From positions 1,408,001-1,472,000 of the forward strand of contig OY970229.1 in NCBI GenBank assembly GCA_963714085.1: a stretch of DNA of 64,000 nt, written 5' to 3'. The notes under the pieces were generated by a model. It was given only the letters and a program-made list of their open reading frames with translations. It made no database searches and was not told the origin of the DNA. Of the stretch, positions 40,806-50,796 are shown piece after piece. This DNA comes from an uncultured Candidatus Micrarchaeota archaeon. Its GTDB lineage: Archaea; Micrarchaeota; Micrarchaeia; Anstonellales; Bilamarchaeaceae. A program made the translations under genes and the position numbers. Every line of letters begins with the position of its first letter. Positions within the stretch are counted from its first letter, which is position 1.

Positions 40806-42932
40806 ATGCGATCCCCCGTGTGCGTCGTCCTGCTCGTGCTGCTAGCCGTAGGAGCGTCCATGTCCTTCGAGCCGAAGAACTACCTTTATGCGAACGAGAG
40901 CGGAGCGACAATCACAAACGCCAACTTCCAGCAGGGCGGGGCCAACTACACCATTGTGAGCATAAACGGGAACGCGGCGTTCCTGCTGCAGAACGGCCAA
41001 CCGCTCCAGGACCAGGCGACGATGACGCGGGTCCTTGGCAACTACTACACGCAGACATACTACCCGACCGCGGCGGAGATACGCCAGCTCAACGACTACC
41101 TGCTCGCATACAACAGGAGCAAGAACGCCGGGACCGTCAACACGCCCGGCGAGGGGGACGACAACTGCAGGGACGCGCTGTTCATAGACGGCCGCATCAT
41201 GAACGGGAACACTCCCGTCGTCTGCGTGGACGATGCGAGCTGCACCATCGCCGCGAGCTATCTCTTCGAATACGGCAGCGTCGCCTTCGGATGGGGCTCG
41301 CCGTCGCAAATACTGGACCCGCTGGAGAACTACTCCTACGCGAGCTACGGCTCGGAAAAGCTCATGAACCAGGACTTCGCGGCGCTGGCCACGCTCAATG
41401 CGAGCAACGTGTACCAGAACCTGCAGTCGATCCAGAGCTCCATACCCACGCTCCGTGGCTATGAGTACGACATGAAATCCAGTCCGTTCCGCTCGCCGGA
41501 CCTCAACGACCCCAACGACGTGGCGTCCTGCGAGGGCGTGTGCTGGGGGCTCTGCCCTCCGCTGAAATTCGACTCCACGCAGCTCCAGAGCCTGGATAGC
41601 GCCCTGAGCTCATTGATATCCCAGGTCGCCCCATTGGCCTCGCAGACAACGACCGGAAGCGGCGTATACGCGAGCACGATGTCGAGGCTAGAGGCGTTTG
41701 CGAACAAGGTCAACACGACCTATTACACCGGGCTCTACAGCCCGCTGGTCTCGGTCGCCGGGCCGGTCATGGCATCCGCCCAGACCACCAACTCGCTCAT
41801 ACAGAACGCCTCGCTCCAGGCGAACCTCTCCGCGCTCGAGAGCCTCAACAGCGGCATAAACTCCAGCATAAGCAGCGGGGATTTCGGCAGTCTCGACACC
41901 GAGCTGGCCCGCTACCAGGCGCTGATCCCGGTCGTGAACAATCTCTCCACCTCCGTATTCAGCGTCTACAACGCGAGTCTGGGCGCCAAGACGCGCGCCG
42001 ACACGATGGCATTCGTCCTGGAGGCTACGGACCTGGACCCGCTCGCAAGGGCGGATGCGGACACGCTCAAGAACAGGACGAACATGCTCGATGCCGGGTT
42101 CGCCAACGGGCTCCCGGAGCAGACATACGTTAATCTGACGAAGAATTATACGGACGTCTATTCGCAGAGCCAGGCGCTGCTCAGGCAGACCCGCGAGAAC
42201 CCCGGCGCCATGCTCCTCCTCAGCTTCAGGAGTTTCGCAGGCAAGATAAACCAGGGGCTCGCAGACAGCATAGGGTCAGCAAAGCTCATGCCGCTGAACA
42301 AGGTGCCGCAGAACCGGCTGCAGGTATTCGGCCTCTTCTCCCTGGCGACGTTCCTCTCGCTGGGCTCGCTGTGCCTGCTGGCGTTCCTATCGATCCTGGC
42401 CCTCAGGCAGTTCACGACCAGGTCCTCGAGATACATCCTCCTCGTCCTGTTCCTGCTATCCATGCTCTCGGTATCCACATTCGCGGCTTTCATGTACGTC
42501 TACCTGGATAAGACGTCGAGCCACGCGGACGTGGGCGAGTTCCTGGCGGACGCTGCGGCCAGGAACAGCAGCACGGTGCTCATAGACACGCAGACCGCGT
42601 CAGCGCTCGCAGTCGGCCCCATGCAGTCCTGCGGCGATTCCATAGCCCAGGCCCTGGTCGCAGGCAACAAGACCGTGACCCTGCTTTACCTCGGGCCGTC
42701 CGGCTGCACCGAGCAGTCCGGTCCAAGCGCCGTCAGCGTGACCAAGGCCGGGTGCCTCGGCAGCCTCGCCAACGCGTCCAGCGCCATCCTGCTCAACTAC
42801 TCGTCGTCCAGCGAGGTGTCGGATTTCAGCGTGATATACCGGGACCGCGCGGACATAGCGGCCGGGGTCCAGTATTACGACTCGTGCCCGCTCGCATCGC
42901 TCGAGAGTGATTTCTATGGCGGCGCCCACTAA
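40806..42932 (+). CDS. Secreted/membrane protein with signal peptide, Cys-containing ectodomain and two TM helices
   Basis: N-terminal hydrophobic signal and two TM segments near the C-terminal third. The Cys pattern is shared with the tail of the giant protein. Confidence 0.75.
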   Translation: MRSPVCVVLLVLLAVGASMSFEPKNYLYANESGATITNANFQQGGANYTIVSINGNAAFLLQNGQPLQDQATMTRVLGNYYTQTYYPTAAEIRQLNDYLLAYNRSKNAGTVNTPGEGDDNCRDALFIDGRIMNGNTPVVCVDDASCTIAASYLFEYGSVAFGWGSPSQILDPLENYSYASYGSEKLMNQDFAALATLNASNVYQNLQSIQSSIPTLRGYEYDMKSSPFRSPDLNDPNDVASCEGVCWGLCPPLKFDSTQLQSLDSALSSLISQVAPLASQTTTGSGVYASTMSRLEAFANKVNTTYYTGLYSPLVSVAGPVMASAQTTNSLIQNASLQANLSALESLNSGINSSISSGDFGSLDTELARYQALIPVVNNLSTSVFSVYNASLGAKTRADTMAFVLEATDLDPLARADADTLKNRTNMLDAGFANGLPEQTYVNLTKNYTDVYSQSQALLRQTRENPGAMLLLSFRSFAGKINQGLADSIGSAKLMPLNKVPQNRLQVFGLFSLATFLSLGSLCLLAFLSILALRQFTTRSSRYILLVLFLLSMLSVSTFAAFMYVYLDKTSSHADVGEFLADAAARNSSTVLIDTQTASALAVGPMQSCGDSIAQALVAGNKTVTLLYLGPSGCTEQSGPSAVSVTKAGCLGSLANASSAILLNYSSSSEVSDFSVIYRDRADIAAGVQYYDSCPLASLESDFYGGAH

Positions 42933-43428
42933 GAAGATCGCGGCCAAGCTGCCGATGGAGAATCTGAAGGTCGCCGCAACGGCCGTGATCGTCATCATCG
43001 CCCTCGTCATGGCGTACTACTTCCTCTACTACCAGTCCGGCCCGGCGTCGCCCAAGCTCGGCGCGCCAATCAACATGCCTACATTCGCGGCTCTGCTCTT
43101 GCAGGCGCAGAACGTCTACGTTGTCATGGATGTCAGCAACGCTACCGGGCAGGTCAAGCAGGGCATCATAGAATGCGGGGTGGATTTCGCAGGCAGCCCT
43201 GGCCTGGGGGGCAAGAACAAGACCTTTTTCTCCATAGACACCGGCGGGCATTGCATCGGCGCGAACGCCACCTACCCCAGCTCATGGTGCTTCGGGCAGA
43301 TGGAGAACGGCCTGAGCATACTGGTCCAGCCCGGCAACTCGACCTCGTTCTACACCAACGCGATGGTCGTTGGCATCGGAGACAATTACACTGCGGGAGG
43401 CTGCTCCGTCAACCTTGTGACCCAGTAG
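42916..43428 (+). CDS. Membrane-anchored hypothetical protein, resembling the C-terminal domain of the preceding gene
   Basis: N-terminal TM. V.MD......I.ECG..FA......KN.T parallels VLIDT....MQSCG..IA......NKT.T in 40806-42932. Confidence 0.7.
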   Translation: MAAPTKKIAAKLPMENLKVAATAVIVIIALVMAYYFLYYQSGPASPKLGAPINMPTFAALLLQAQNVYVVMDVSNATGQVKQGIIECGVDFAGSPGLGGKNKTFFSIDTGGHCIGANATYPSSWCFGQMENGLSILVQPGNSTSFYTNAMVVGIGDNYTAGGCSVNLVTQ

Positions 43429-43432
43429 GATC

Positions 43433-46180
43433 CTATCTCGTCTTGTACCTGAGAAACGCCCCGATCCCTCCGAAACCCGCCAGGAACTGCGCGCCCTCGG
43501 TCGTGTTCGTGGAGACGATCTCGACAGGGATGTTGTTGCCCTTGGCGAGCTCATCCAGGTAATCGAGCAGCAGGATGTCCTCCTTCAGCCTGTATGTCCC
43601 TTGCCTGCTGCAAGTGGGGCAATCGAGCGCCTCTGCCGGTTTCTCCTTGGTGAATATCTCGTCCGCAAAGCCGCACGAAGAGCACACGTAAGAAGCCTTC
43701 CGGTAAAGCAAACCCTCGGAGAGCAGCACCTTCTGCGCCTGCTTGCTGTTTATCGCGTCGCGGACCTGCTTGGCGCCGTAGGTGGCCAGGCCCTCGGAGA
43801 CGACCTCCTTCATGAACGAGTCCACGAGCTTCTTCTCCTTTATGGCCTCCTGGTCGGCGAGCAGCGATTCGCTCTTGGCGAGCACCTCGCGTATGCCGTA
43901 CTCGTCCGTGTAGCCCGTGTCCACGGGGCCCAGTATCTTGAGCTGGTAGTTGAACGGGGACGCTTTGAGGAAGTTGTCCTTGGTCGGGCCAGGGCCTCCC
44001 ACGAGTATGGCCTTTGTCCTGCCCAGGAAGTGCTCGTCCATGGACTCGCCCACGCGTATGTAATATTTCTCTATGGATTCCTCTATGAGGCGCTGGTACC
44101 GCCGGGCGCTGTTATGGACGATGAATCCGTTGGCGACGAAATTCGAATAGACGGGTATGGTGATATCATAGAAGTTTTCCTTGTTTTCGACCGCGCTCTT
44201 CTCGCTTATGGAAGCCACCGTCAGGTCGGAATTATAGAGGTCGAGGAGCCTTTTGTAAATCCTTTCTCCCCTTTCGCTGTATCGGCGCTTCTCAAAGACC
44301 CTGAGTATGTTATGCGCGAAGGCTTCCCTCCCGAGCGGTTTAAGGTTCCTGAAGAAGCAGCTCGCCGCATGGAAGTCCGAGGTCTTCAATCCAAGCTCCT
44401 TCGCCAGCCTGAAGACCTCCCTTCCGTCGATCGGTATCTGGTCGGTGTATTGCTGCCTGAGCGACTTGTCGCACGCCGCCTTCAGCCTCAGCTTCTTGTC
44501 CCTGCGGGTGAAGCCGACGCTCCGCCCGAATCGCCTGAGGGCGTTCCTGTCGCTTATGGAAACGCACCATTGCCTGTTTCCCGTGACGTTCTTCTCCGAG
44601 AATGAAGAGAGTATGCCGAGCCTGAGCAGGAGGAGCTGGACCTTCTGCAGCAGCGCCCGGTCGACCATCGCTATGTCGGCGCCACCGCTTCCCTTCAGGT
44701 ACCCCTCGGCATCGTAAAGCCCGGACAGGAACGCGGCTATCACCTTGTCATCGCACCTTGCAATGCCCTCCGGGATGTCGCGGCTGACCACGGAAACTAT
44801 CCCTGAAGCGATCTGTTTTATCGCGTCGACGAACTCCAGGGAATGTATCCTGATTTCGTAGTACTCCTTTTTCGCGAAACTCCCACGTTGCCCGGTTTTA
44901 TCCACGACGCGGACGACCGGTTCCACACCGATGGCCCTTCTGATGAGGCTGCAATAATCGTCAACAAGCTCCCTTCTGCCCTCGTATATTATTATCCTGT
45001 TCCCGTCCAAGGTCCCATCGCCGCATATTATCCCGAAAAGCCTCGCGAGGTCCTCGTTCCAATATTCGGGGAAGGCCAGCGTGTTACTCGCCAGCCTCTC
45101 CTCGTCAAGTCCGATGCCGTAAATCCTGTAAATCTCACGGAGGTGCGCGTCGGTCGGGGTCTGCTTCCCGCTCTCCATGAAGGAGATGACCATCTGGGTC
45201 ACACCAGCCCTGGAAGCGACCTGCTTCTGTAAAAGCCCCATCCTCAGGCGCGCCTGTTTCAGCCTGCGCCGCTCCTTTTCGTCAAGCACGATGCGCGTTT
45301 TCGGGACGAAGCCGGTTTTCACCCGGCCTGCGTTGCAGTTGATCTTTCTCGCCATGACCAGCCTGTCGTTCTCATCCAGGTCTTTGGCGAACTTCTCCTT
45401 TATCCCGAACTCGCTGAGCACGAAGAACCTGTGATACGGGGTCGCCCTTATCTCGCATGATGGGGCCCGCGTCCTGATGATTATGGAATGCCTAGCCGGA
45501 GTCACGAAACGGTCGGAAACCGGCACCGGGGTCGTCCTAGAACTTTGCATGTCGAGCCCGACCACACCGCGCCCTTCCTCCAGCGTCTCGATGCCCGCAA
45601 TCGCCCCATCCTCCCTGACGACCAGTGTCCCCGCGGAGAGGCACTGCCCTCCCTTCTTGATCTTCTGGTGCGCGGTGGAGTTCATCTTCTTCAGTATGTG
45701 TATCTCCGTGCCCCGCACGAGCGCCAGAGTCGCCTCCCTGCCGTCCATGACCACCACGCCGTAGGAGTCCGTGACCTCCACCATGCGCTGGAGCGGCTCC
45801 AGGAAGAAGCGCGAATCGCAGCGGTAGATCCCGACCTGCAGCTGCTGCGGCGGCTCGAGCGAGAATATCTCTATGTCCGTCTTGGCCGGGTTGTCGGATA
45901 TGTTGCCGCAGAAGACCGCGATGCCGTTCTCCGGCGCCTTCTTGAACAGCTTCAGGTGGCCCATTATCCTCTCGAGGGCGCCCATCACGTTCGTGCGCGT
46001 GGACTTGGATTTTATGTTGGACGCCTGGGAGAGCTCCTCCCGCAGCTTGTTGCCCATCTCGTGCACCGGCGAGCCGGCCGGTATGTAGACCGATATGAGC
46101 TGGGTGCCGCTGCCCTTGTACTCTCCCAGCTTCCTCAGCATCTTCTTGAGGGTGTAGACCTTTTCGCTGTCGACCACCAT
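43433..46180 (-). CDS. prf1: Peptide chain release factor aRF1 containing an intein
   Basis: GTQLISVYIP, ASNIKS, Y.CD..F, GGQ|[intein]|SARRYQR, GPGPTK, FGGIGAFLRY. Exteins total 404 aa. Confidence 0.95.
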   Translation of the reverse strand: MVVDSEKVYTLKKMLRKLGEYKGSGTQLISVYIPAGSPVHEMGNKLREELSQASNIKSKSTRTNVMGALERIMGHLKLFKKAPENGIAVFCGNISDNPAKTDIEIFSLEPPQQLQVGIYRCDSRFFLEPLQRMVEVTDSYGVVVMDGREATLALVRGTEIHILKKMNSTAHQKIKKGGQCLSAGTLVVREDGAIAGIETLEEGRGVVGLDMQSSRTTPVPVSDRFVTPARHSIIIRTRAPSCEIRATPYHRFFVLSEFGIKEKFAKDLDENDRLVMARKINCNAGRVKTGFVPKTRIVLDEKERRRLKQARLRMGLLQKQVASRAGVTQMVISFMESGKQTPTDAHLREIYRIYGIGLDEERLASNTLAFPEYWNEDLARLFGIICGDGTLDGNRIIIYEGRRELVDDYCSLIRRAIGVEPVVRVVDKTGQRGSFAKKEYYEIRIHSLEFVDAIKQIASGIVSVVSRDIPEGIARCDDKVIAAFLSGLYDAEGYLKGSGGADIAMVDRALLQKVQLLLLRLGILSSFSEKNVTGNRQWCVSISDRNALRRFGRSVGFTRRDKKLRLKAACDKSLRQQYTDQIPIDGREVFRLAKELGLKTSDFHAASCFFRNLKPLGREAFAHNILRVFEKRRYSERGERIYKRLLDLYNSDLTVASISEKSAVENKENFYDITIPVYSNFVANGFIVHNSARRYQRLIEESIEKYYIRVGESMDEHFLGRTKAILVGGPGPTKDNFLKASPFNYQLKILGPVDTGYTDEYGIREVLAKSESLLADQEAIKEKKLVDSFMKEVVSEGLATYGAKQVRDAINSKQAQKVLLSEGLLYRKASYVCSSCGFADEIFTKEKPAEALDCPTCSRQGTYRLKEDILLLDYLDELAKGNNIPVEIVSTNTTEGAQFLAGFGGIGAFLRYKTR
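44111..45643 (-). mobile_element. Intein (511 aa) with XRE-type HTH and LAGLIDADG homing endonuclease
   Basis: Starts CLSAGT; block B ATPYHRF; FGIICGDG and FLSGLYDAEG; ends YDIT...NFVANGFIVHN followed by Ser. Confidence 0.93.
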
Positions 46181-46181
46181 G

Positions 46182-46739
46182 TTACTTGACCACGACCTCT
46201 ACCCTGCCATCCTCGAGGAAATACTTCATGCCGACTATCTTCAATTTCCCCTCGGACTCCAGGTGCTTGACTATCCCGCTCTTCCTCCTTATCTCCCTTA
46301 TCACCGACTTTATGTTGGCGGTCGCGGACTTCTCCACGTCCCCCGCGCCACGCTTGACCGGGCCGCGCAGCTTCTTCATTATCGCGGCTATGTTCGGCGG
46401 GCTCTCGCCGCCCTTGCACGCCGCGGTCACCGCGCCGCACTTCTCATGGCCCATGACCACGAGCAGCGGGGTATGCAAGTGCTCGGTCCCGTACTCTATG
46501 CTTCCCAGCATTATCTTGTCCATGACGTTGCCCGCGTTCCTCACCACGAAGACGTCCCCGAGCCCCTGGTCGAATATGAACTCCGGGGACACGCGCGAGT
46601 CCGAGCAGGTCACGACCGTGACGAACGGCGTCTGGCCGTCCTTGGTCTCGCTGCGCCTGGCCTTCATGTCCTTCGGGGCCAGCGCGCCTTCGACGTATCT
46701 TTTGTTCCCTTCCAACAGCCTGTCTATCTCAGCCATCAT
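46182..46739 (-). CDS. Beta-class carbonic anhydrase
   Basis: CSDSRV.PE.IFD, RNAGN, GHEKCGAV. Exact start ambiguous (GTG ATG ATG). Confidence 0.92.
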   Translation of the reverse strand: MMAEIDRLLEGNKRYVEGALAPKDMKARRSETKDGQTPFVTVVTCSDSRVSPEFIFDQGLGDVFVVRNAGNVMDKIMLGSIEYGTEHLHTPLLVVMGHEKCGAVTAACKGGESPPNIAAIMKKLRGPVKRGAGDVEKSATANIKSVIREIRRKSGIVKHLESEGKLKIVGMKYFLEDGRVEVVVK

Positions 46740-46843
46740 CACACCTTCAAGTGGGCGTCAAACGTCTTCTATTGCCCTGCGACCTTTTATTAATATTATG
46801 CCGGATAAGCTTATTTTGTAATAACATCTTCAGGGCAACAAAC

Positions 46844-49800
46844 ATGTGCGGCATCATCGGCTATGTCGGCAACAGGAAGGCTTCCGAAGTCATCACCGAA
46901 GGTCTCAAAAGGCTCGAGTACCGCGGCTACGACTCGGTGGGCATGGCCGTGTCACAGGGCAGTTCGATAGAGCTGCGCAAGGACAAGGGCATGGTGGAGC
47001 AGGTCTCCGATGCGCTGGATTTCACCAGCGTGTCCGGAACCATGGGCCTCGGCCACTGCCTGCATCCTGACACCATGGTCCAGCTCATGGACGGGACCGT
47101 TTGCCGGATAGGCGCTGTCAAAGATGGCGATGCAGTCAGCTCCATGGACTTCGGGTCTCTCCGGTTGCACCAGCGGGACTGCAGGGTCATGCGCCACCGC
47201 GCCCCCCAGGAGATGTTCGAGATCAGGACCCCGGCGAATTCCATAACCTGCACCGGAGAGCATCGGATGTTCGTAGCACAGGGTGATGGCTTTGTCGAGA
47301 GGGCCGCCTCCGAGTTGCGCAGAGGTGACCTCCTTCTCTGCGTTTCCAGAATCGCGGTGGCCGGCGTCTCGCAGCCACTTTCCCCGGTTTCGGTAAAACG
47401 ATACTACGCGTACACTAAATCCACTGTAGGACGTTTTAAGGAGTTCCTGAGAAAAAACAACTTGGAAATCGCAGAAGCGGCATATCACATGGGCGTGAGC
47501 AAGTCTGTCTTACGCCATTTTCTTGGCATGGACCGCAATCTCGAGGAAGCATATCTTGAAAAGCTATGCGTGTTCGCTGACATCGAGAAGGATGAGTTCA
47601 CCCCGGTGCATTCCATACACGGGAAAAACATAACGCTTCCTGCCAGGACCAGCGAAGACCTTCTTCAATTCATGGGCTATCTCACTGGCGATGGCTATAT
47701 AGGCCCGAGGCACATTCGCTTCAAGGATGCCCGCAAAGAGGTCTTGGAGAAGTACGCGGTGCTCGCGAAACAGCTATTCAACCTGGACAGCAAGATAATC
47801 AAGCTTCCAGAAGCTGACGCTTTTATGCTCGAGATGAACAGCAAATTCGTCTGTGACTGGATGCGCCTCAATTTCCATGAGATTTACAAGAAAGGCAAGG
47901 AAAAACGCCTCCCGGTCTGGCTCGGAAGAGTGCCTGATGACGAATTGCGCGGTTTCATAAGAGGCTTTTTCGATGCTGAATCCGCTTGCGCTACCACGTC
48001 TCACCAACTGGTTCTCGTGAGCACGGTTGAGACTATCATCCGGACGTTACAACTCTTTCTTCTGCGTTTCGGCATCCTTTCGTCTTTAATGAAAAGGCGG
48101 ACGGAATGGGGGCCGGCGTTCTCATTGAGCCTGAACACTTACGATGACATCTCGAAATTCGTGAGATGCGTTGGTTTGACATCAAGCGAGAAGAACCATA
48201 AACTCGAGCGAATTCTCTCCGAGATGACGCCCGGCTTGTCTTTCACCTACAAGCCGATTCCGATGCGCAATGAAGCCATAAAACGCAGGTATGGAGTAGA
48301 TCATGCAGGCCCCGGCAATTCCTACATGAGTCCTATGGTAGCTAAGAGGCTGGTCACACAGCTTGAAGACGACGGGGACCCTGCCGCCGGACAACTCGGC
48401 AGATATCTTGATTCCGATGTCATATTCCAGGAGATCTTCGAGATAACACGCCACGCGTCTGATATCGAGTATGTATACGATATTGAAGTTCCTGGTACTG
48501 AAAACTTCGTCGCAAATGCTCTGATAAGCCACAATTCCCGCTGGGCGACGCACGGCGCGCCATGCAAGGAGAACGCGCATCCCTTCGTGGACTGCACGAA
48601 GAAAATCGCCCTAGCGCACAACGGGGTGCTGGAGAACTACCTGGAGCTCAAAGACGGGCTGAAGAAATCAGGCCACAAGTTCAGCTCCGAGACGGATTCC
48701 GAAGTCGTGGTCCACTTGGTGGAAGAGGAGAGGAAGAAGCTCCCGCCGCTCAAGGCGTTCATGGCCGCGGTCAAGAGGCTGAAGGGCTCCTACGCGCTGC
48801 TCTGCACCATGGCGGACGGAGCGGAGACGCTCTACTGCGCGAGGAGGAACAGCCCGCTGGTGCTCGGCATCGGAGAAGGCGAGATGTTCGCGGCGTCCGA
48901 CATCCCGGCCATGCTCGCTTATACGAAGACGTTCGTGCCGCTGGAGGAAGGGGACATCGCGGCGCTTTCCAAGAACGGGTACAAGGTCTACGACGTCAGC
49001 GGCAAGGAGGCGACCAGGAAATCCATCACTGTGGACTGGGACCTGGATATGGCTGAGAAAGGAGGCTATCCGCATTTCATGCTCAAGGAGATAATGGACC
49101 AGAAGCACTTCGTGCGGGAGAGCCTCGCCGCGGATGTCACGAAGGCAAGGTCGCTGCTCGACTCCCATGACGACATAGACATAATAGCCTGCGGGACGTC
49201 CTACCACGCGGGCACGATGCTCAAGATACTCCTCTCGAAGGAGCTGGGGAAAAGGGCCGAGGCGTTCATCGCGTCCGAATATCCGTTCGTCGCGAACCCG
49301 GACAAGAAGACGCTCATCATCGCGATATCTCAGTCCGGCGAGACCGCGGACACCATGCAGGCCGTGAGGTTCGCGAAAAGCAGGGGCTCCAAGGTGCTCA
49401 GCCTCACAAACGTGGTCGAGTCCTCCATCACACGCATATCGGACGAGGTCGTCTACCTGAACGCGGGGCCGGAGATATCCGTCGCTGCCACCAAGACGTT
49501 CACTTCACAGGCCGCCGTGATATACAAGCTCGTCCTGGGTTCCGGGAGGCTCGCCGCGGTCCCGTCGCTCATAGAGAAGGCGATGGACGAGGAGAGCGCC
49601 ATCAGGGCGGTGGCGGCCAAGATCTCGGACAAGAAGGACATGTTCTTCATAGGCAGGGGGCTGAACTACCCGGTCGCCATGGAGGGCGCGCTCAAGCTCA
49701 AGGAGATATCCTATCTGCACGCGGAGGCGTACGCCGGAGGGGAACTGAAGCACGGCCCGCTCAGCCTGATAGAAAAAGGGGTCCCGGTGGTCGCAGTGGC

Positions 49801-50065
49801 TCCAAAAGACGATTCCCTCGCAAAGATATTCGGCAACATAAAGGAGGTCAAGGCAAGGGGCGCGTTCGTGGTCGCGCTCACGGACGACGAGGACGTGCGC
49901 AGGGAGGCGGACGTCTCCATCCCGCTGCCTTCCAGTGCGGACACCGTGCTATATCCTTTCCCGGAGATAATCATACTGCAATTGCTCGCCTACCACGTTT
50001 CAGTCCTGCGCGGCATAAACCCGGACCGCCCCAGGAACCTCGCAAAGAGCGTGACAGTGGAATAG
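46844..50065 (+). CDS. glmS: Glutamine-fructose-6-phosphate aminotransferase containing an intein
   Basis: MCGIIG, LEYRGYDS, GH|[intein]|SRWATHG, HNG..EN, SQSGETADT, ELKHGP, PRNLAKSVTVE. Confidence 0.95.
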   Translation: MCGIIGYVGNRKASEVITEGLKRLEYRGYDSVGMAVSQGSSIELRKDKGMVEQVSDALDFTSVSGTMGLGHCLHPDTMVQLMDGTVCRIGAVKDGDAVSSMDFGSLRLHQRDCRVMRHRAPQEMFEIRTPANSITCTGEHRMFVAQGDGFVERAASELRRGDLLLCVSRIAVAGVSQPLSPVSVKRYYAYTKSTVGRFKEFLRKNNLEIAEAAYHMGVSKSVLRHFLGMDRNLEEAYLEKLCVFADIEKDEFTPVHSIHGKNITLPARTSEDLLQFMGYLTGDGYIGPRHIRFKDARKEVLEKYAVLAKQLFNLDSKIIKLPEADAFMLEMNSKFVCDWMRLNFHEIYKKGKEKRLPVWLGRVPDDELRGFIRGFFDAESACATTSHQLVLVSTVETIIRTLQLFLLRFGILSSLMKRRTEWGPAFSLSLNTYDDISKFVRCVGLTSSEKNHKLERILSEMTPGLSFTYKPIPMRNEAIKRRYGVDHAGPGNSYMSPMVAKRLVTQLEDDGDPAAGQLGRYLDSDVIFQEIFEITRHASDIEYVYDIEVPGTENFVANALISHNSRWATHGAPCKENAHPFVDCTKKIALAHNGVLENYLELKDGLKKSGHKFSSETDSEVVVHLVEEERKKLPPLKAFMAAVKRLKGSYALLCTMADGAETLYCARRNSPLVLGIGEGEMFAASDIPAMLAYTKTFVPLEEGDIAALSKNGYKVYDVSGKEATRKSITVDWDLDMAEKGGYPHFMLKEIMDQKHFVRESLAADVTKARSLLDSHDDIDIIACGTSYHAGTMLKILLSKELGKRAEAFIASEYPFVANPDKKTLIIAISQSGETADTMQAVRFAKSRGSKVLSLTNVVESSITRISDEVVYLNAGPEISVAATKTFTSQAAVIYKLVLGSGRLAAVPSLIEKAMDEESAIRAVAAKISDKKDMFFIGRGLNYPVAMEGALKLKEISYLHAEAYAGGELKHGPLSLIEKGVPVVAVAPKDDSLAKIFGNIKEVKARGAFVVALTDDEDVRREADVSIPLPSSADTVLYPFPEIIILQLLAYHVSVLRGINPDRPRNLAKSVTVE
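47057..48535 (+). mobile_element. Intein (493 aa) with HTH and LAGLIDADG homing endonuclease
   Basis: Starts CLHPDT; CTGEHR; GYLTGDG and FIRGFFDAES; ends VYDIEV...NFVANALISHN followed by Ser. Lower GC than the exteins. Confidence 0.93.
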
Positions 50066-50091
50066 GTTCTTCCAGAGCAGGCCACGCGGCT

Positions 50092-50739
50092 TCAGGTGCC
50101 GAGCATCGTTACGAGCTCCCCTTCCGCGTCCCCGATTTTGCAATTGAACGTTATGAGCTCGTAGTGTTCCTTCAGCGTTTCGATCATCTCGACCGCATGC
50201 GCCAGCCCGACGACCGCGATGTCCGGCTCGGTCTCAGATACCCTCTGGGCGGAATAGTGGCTTCTGAGGCTTGCCAGCTGTTTCATTCTGGCGATTAGCT
50301 GCTCCATGGTCGGGTATTCGGTGTTCATCTCCAGGGACCGTTCCAGGCTTCGCTTCTGGCCGCTCAGAGGAACGCATGCCTCGGGCGCCCCATATAGCCC
50401 TATCTGCGCCAGTCTCGACCCCACCAAGGCCAGGTGCGCCTGGACACGTTCCAATTTTAAGCGGCCCTCGCGCATCGCTCTGGAGATCCCCATCGCCTTG
50501 AACTCCTCCCAGAGCTCGGGTTTCTCAAGCAGGACAGTATCCACCCCTTTGGCGCGCAGGTCATGATAGATGTCGCCGAAGTAGTCGACCTTGGTAAAAG
50601 ACGTCCGGTAATCCTCCCTCAGCTCCAGGCCCACGCTCCTGGGCTTCCTTCTGTCCAACTCGGCTATCAGGTCGCGCATCTCTTTCGCGTCCCTGTGCAT
50701 GACGGCGATGAGGCTCTTCTTCTGGAACGATAACTGCAT
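50092..50739 (-). CDS. Hypothetical protein, weak TraB/ChaN-like motifs
   Basis: P.SVGLEL near the N-terminus and AVVGLAH near the C-terminus; AT-rich promoter upstream. Confidence 0.55.
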   Translation of the reverse strand: MQLSFQKKSLIAVMHRDAKEMRDLIAELDRRKPRSVGLELREDYRTSFTKVDYFGDIYHDLRAKGVDTVLLEKPELWEEFKAMGISRAMREGRLKLERVQAHLALVGSRLAQIGLYGAPEACVPLSGQKRSLERSLEMNTEYPTMEQLIARMKQLASLRSHYSAQRVSETEPDIAVVGLAHAVEMIETLKEHYELITFNCKIGDAEGELVTMLGT

Positions 50740-50796
50740 AAATATATATTAAATACAACAATTTATAAACGCTTCCGGCGCCCTGATGAGAGGGCG

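Noticed and set aside
50779..50796. Hairpin CGCCCT-GATGAG-AGGGCG containing CTGATGA
   Set aside because: A short hairpin at a gene end with no other ribozyme or C/D elements; at most a terminator-like structure.
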